DNA from: Dehalococcoidia bacterium
Lineage (GTDB): Bacteria; Chloroflexota; Dehalococcoidia; GIF9; AB-539-J10
Direction: 5' to 3'
NCBI GenBank assembly: GCA_030612025.1
Contig: JAUWOR010000006.1
Coordinates: 26,043-90,042, forward strand
Length of the DNA: 64,000 bases
Numbering within the stretch: position 1 is the first letter of the stretch; every line of letters starts with the position of its first letter. The translations under genes and the position numbers were made by a program. Of this stretch, positions 61,577 through 64,000 are shown in pieces. The notes below the pieces were generated by a model. The model was not told where the DNA came from. It saw only the letters and a program-made list of their open reading frames with translations, and did not search any database.

Positions 61577-62755
61577 TCATGTTCCACTTTCTAGTTTTCC
61601 TTCATAGGCTTTCTCAAAGAGTCTAACCATGCCTTCCTCTGTGACTTTACGCGGATTGCGTGCTACATGTGCGGTGCTCTTAAAAACGTTCTTCGCTATT
61701 GAGGGAATCATGTCCCTTGTTACGCCGACTTCTTTAATTGATGTTGGCATATTTAAATCTATTAAAAGTTTCTTAAAAGCCAGGGCGGATCTGAATGCTG
61801 CCTCTCGTAAGGATAATTCTGAGGTAGGCTCTCCTAAGAGCTCCGCAATGGTGGCATGCTTTCGCAGATTCGAAATAGCATTATATTCCAGCACATAGGG
61901 CATTGTAATAGCTATTGAATAGCCATGTGGGAAGTGAAATTTCGTCGCTGGATATACATAAGCATAACCACATGCATGTCCAATCACAGTTCCCGCGTTT
62001 CCAAAAGCCAGGCCAGCCATTAAAGATGCCAGGGACATGCCTGATCGGGCCTCCATGTTATCTCCGTAAGCATAAGCTGCTCTGAGATTTTCAGCAACAA
62101 GACTCATGGCCTCCACTGCTAGAGCATCTGTTATCGGATTAGCTTTTAAGGATACATAGGCCTCGATAGCATGACACAATGCATCTATACCTGTATTGGC
62201 CGTCGTGCGGGCAGGCACCGTTCTGGTCAATTCAGGATCAACAAGTGCAATATCTGGGTACATAAGTGAGCTATACAATACATATTTGACTTCGGGGGTA
62301 GCAAAAACCGCTGCGTTGGAAACCTCACTCCCGGTTCCAGATGTAGTTGGGATAAGCACAAGTGGAGCTAATGGTTTTTCAAAAACTTCCTTAACCCACT
62401 CCTTAAGGCTTCCGGGATTGGTGATTGAGACAGCCGCTGCCTTAGCAGTATCCATTACGCTGCCACCACCAAGCCCGATAACGCTATCGTATTTCCCCTC
62501 CCTGGTGAATTGTATTGCTGCTTCACCAACTTCTAAAGCCGGTTCGGGCTCTACTTTATCCCAAACCGCATAATCAAACCCACCCTTTTCCAGCATACCC
62601 GTTACTTTATCAACCCATCCAGCCTTTTTAACCACTGGACCAGTTATAATAGCTATTTTCTTGGCGCCGATATCTTTTAGTTCCCTGCCAAGCTGTTCTA
62701 CAGCGCCCACGCCGAAAAGAATCTTCTTAGCTGTAACAAATGAATATGTCTTCAT
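61577..62755 (-). CDS. iron-containing alcohol dehydrogenase family protein
   Basis: 392 aa. The Fe-ADH fold is indicated by the GGGSVMDTAK glycine-rich NAD motif and the downstream His residues. Confidence 0.8.
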   Translation of the reverse strand: MKTYSFVTAKKILFGVGAVEQLGRELKDIGAKKIAIITGPVVKKAGWVDKVTGMLEKGGFDYAVWDKVEPEPALEVGEAAIQFTREGKYDSVIGLGGGSVMDTAKAAAVSITNPGSLKEWVKEVFEKPLAPLVLIPTTSGTGSEVSNAAVFATPEVKYVLYSSLMYPDIALVDPELTRTVPARTTANTGIDALCHAIEAYVSLKANPITDALAVEAMSLVAENLRAAYAYGDNMEARSGMSLASLMAGLAFGNAGTVIGHACGYAYVYPATKFHFPHGYSIAITMPYVLEYNAISNLRKHATIAELLGEPTSELSLREAAFRSALAFKKLLIDLNMPTSIKEVGVTRDMIPSIAKNVFKSTAHVARNPRKVTEEGMVRLFEKAYEGKLESGT

Positions 62756-62906
62756 AGTTTCACCTCCTAATTATTTTGAGGCTGTTTAATTTTGGTTTTC
62801 CGTTCAAATTTGGGCATTTTGAAAGCCTTTCACCCCCAGATTTTTGTAGTTGCCTGATTTATCAGGCACAGTGGCCCAATAAATTGGGCAACTACATTTT
62901 TAAACA
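62756..62906 (-). repeat. structured leader repeat, copy 2, inverted orientation, directly upstream of the Fe-ADH gene
   Basis: Its reverse complement matches 11476-11639. The 66-nt core has 1 mismatch. The leader is partly conserved, with an identical RBS context taattaggagg. Confidence 0.6.
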
Positions 62907-63625
62907 GCCTTATTTTGAACTCACAGATTGCTTTCGTGGGAGTACTTCAAATGGGCACTCACCGCAGTGTTTCCAAATTGATATAGCTTTTTAGCTCCAA
63001 TACCTCCTTTATTGGCCCTGCCAATACTGCCATATTCGCACCGCTTACTAGCGTATCACCTCTTGCGGTATTTGTTAATATAGTAACCCTCTACACATTA
63101 TTTAACCACCTTGTAGTCTTAAGATAGCTGCCAGCCCTTCTCTGGAACTTGGCTCTATGGTGGGAGAAATTGCCTTTTAAGCCACTGCCAACTGATGAGC
63201 AAATCGGAACCTTAGTTTAGAGCTGGATAGCTGATTTGTGAAAAGTCAACACAAACCTATTAACATTCGCTATTTTGGGTAGTAGGATTGAATTAAGGCA
63301 GTAGCACTAGAGTAATTAACAGCTTGATAGTGCTGTCCGCACAAGGCTAGTCTATTGTTCATAAGGACAATATGCATATGGGGCGGGAGTGCCTGTGATA
63401 ACTGAGGCATTCCCCTTGTTTTTATGCACCAGAAGAAGAGGTGATGCCTATTAAGACAAAAGACGCTCAGGAAAGACTAGTAGGAAAGATGAAAAAACCC
63501 CGCTATTTTAGTGCTGTTGAAGCCGTTTGCTGGGGTTTATTTTCTCCGCGAGTTCAATTATTATTAGAGGGATGAGTATTAAGTTAAGAGTTTATTATCA
63601 TTGCATTTTTGAGCAGAAAGAAAAA

Positions 63626-64000
63626 TGGAGTTAAAGTACGGCAAAGGAAGTGTTAGCTTACCCTTAGAGGGGAAGAATGTAATACAAATATTACATTCAA
63701 AAGAGAAAGAGGTTTTATCAAATCCAGAACATAAGCTAAAAAGGTTACTAAAGAACCCCATAGATAGTCTTTCTTTAAGAGAATTAATCCTTCAGAAAAA
63801 AGCGCAAAATATACTGGTTATTGTAAATGATGTAACCAGGCCTACCCCCTATAAGATAATCTTGCCGCCATTATTAGATGAGTTAAGGGAAGCGGGGGTA
63901 AAGATAGAAAATATCAAATTTATCATTGCTACCGGGATTCATCGAGCTAATTCTGAGGAAGAGATGCGAAGCATATTTGGAGAAGATATAATCTCCACCT
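63626..64000 (+). CDS. LarA-like (nickel-dependent lactate racemase family, DUF2088) protein. Only the N-terminal part is present; the gene runs off the window end.
   Basis: Manual translation from the ATG at 63626 gives MELKYGKGSVSLPLEGKNV...ILVIVNDVTRPTPYKIILPPLLDELREAGV. The D.TRPTP motif is characteristic of the family. Confidence 0.55.

Noticed and set aside
1-64000. A search for CRISPR arrays, rRNA and tRNA genes.
   Set aside because: No regularly spaced direct repeats with unique spacers were seen. The repeats present are dispersed single hairpin elements. No segment showed rRNA-like conservation, and no convincing tRNA cloverleaf was found. The tRNA result is weak because no scan could be run.

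Overview
The window reads as a Chloroflexota-like (Dehalococcoidia-like) chromosomal segment. The taxon assignment is tentative; it rests on PAC2 and DUF763 proteins and an archaeal-type PncB. Three kinds of content alternate along it.

(1) Conserved housekeeping operons:
- pnp (partial, runs off the window start) and rpsO.
- purF, purM and purH.
- A PncA-PncB fusion, an ABC exporter, and rtcA.
- ruvB, rpoC, rpoB, mutS and ybeY.
- yraN, rnhB, mnmA, tmk, pdxS, an Fe-ADH, and a partial larA-like gene at the 3' edge.

(2) A defense and accessory island at about 9.4-24 kb:
- A RelE/Phd toxin-antitoxin pair and a HepT/MNT toxin-antitoxin pair.
- Orphan toxin-antitoxin remnants.
- A solitary MmeI-like type IIL/IIG restriction-modification enzyme.
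- A DUF763 gene with divergent 5' and 3' partial copies.
- An uncharacterised three-gene cassette.
- A Cas4-like PD-(D/E)XK / Fe-S nuclease.

(3) A metabolic island at 42.6-55.6 kb, apparently AT-richer than its surroundings and bounded by transposase debris, a MarR regulator and a frameshifted RHH gene:
- A C-N hydrolase, a cupin, and a TAXI-TRAP transporter.
- Two paralogous two-subunit AcnX-type (DUF521 + DUF126) dehydratase pairs.
- A PrpD/MmgE fragment and an MFS transporter.

Several dispersed non-coding repeat families are visible. One is a ~150-nt structured leader element upstream of two unrelated genes. Another is a REP-like hairpin element that supplies the stop codons of rnhB and tmk. 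A third is a run of TGATTTT repeats sitting between cistrons.

No CRISPR array, rRNA or tRNA could be supported.
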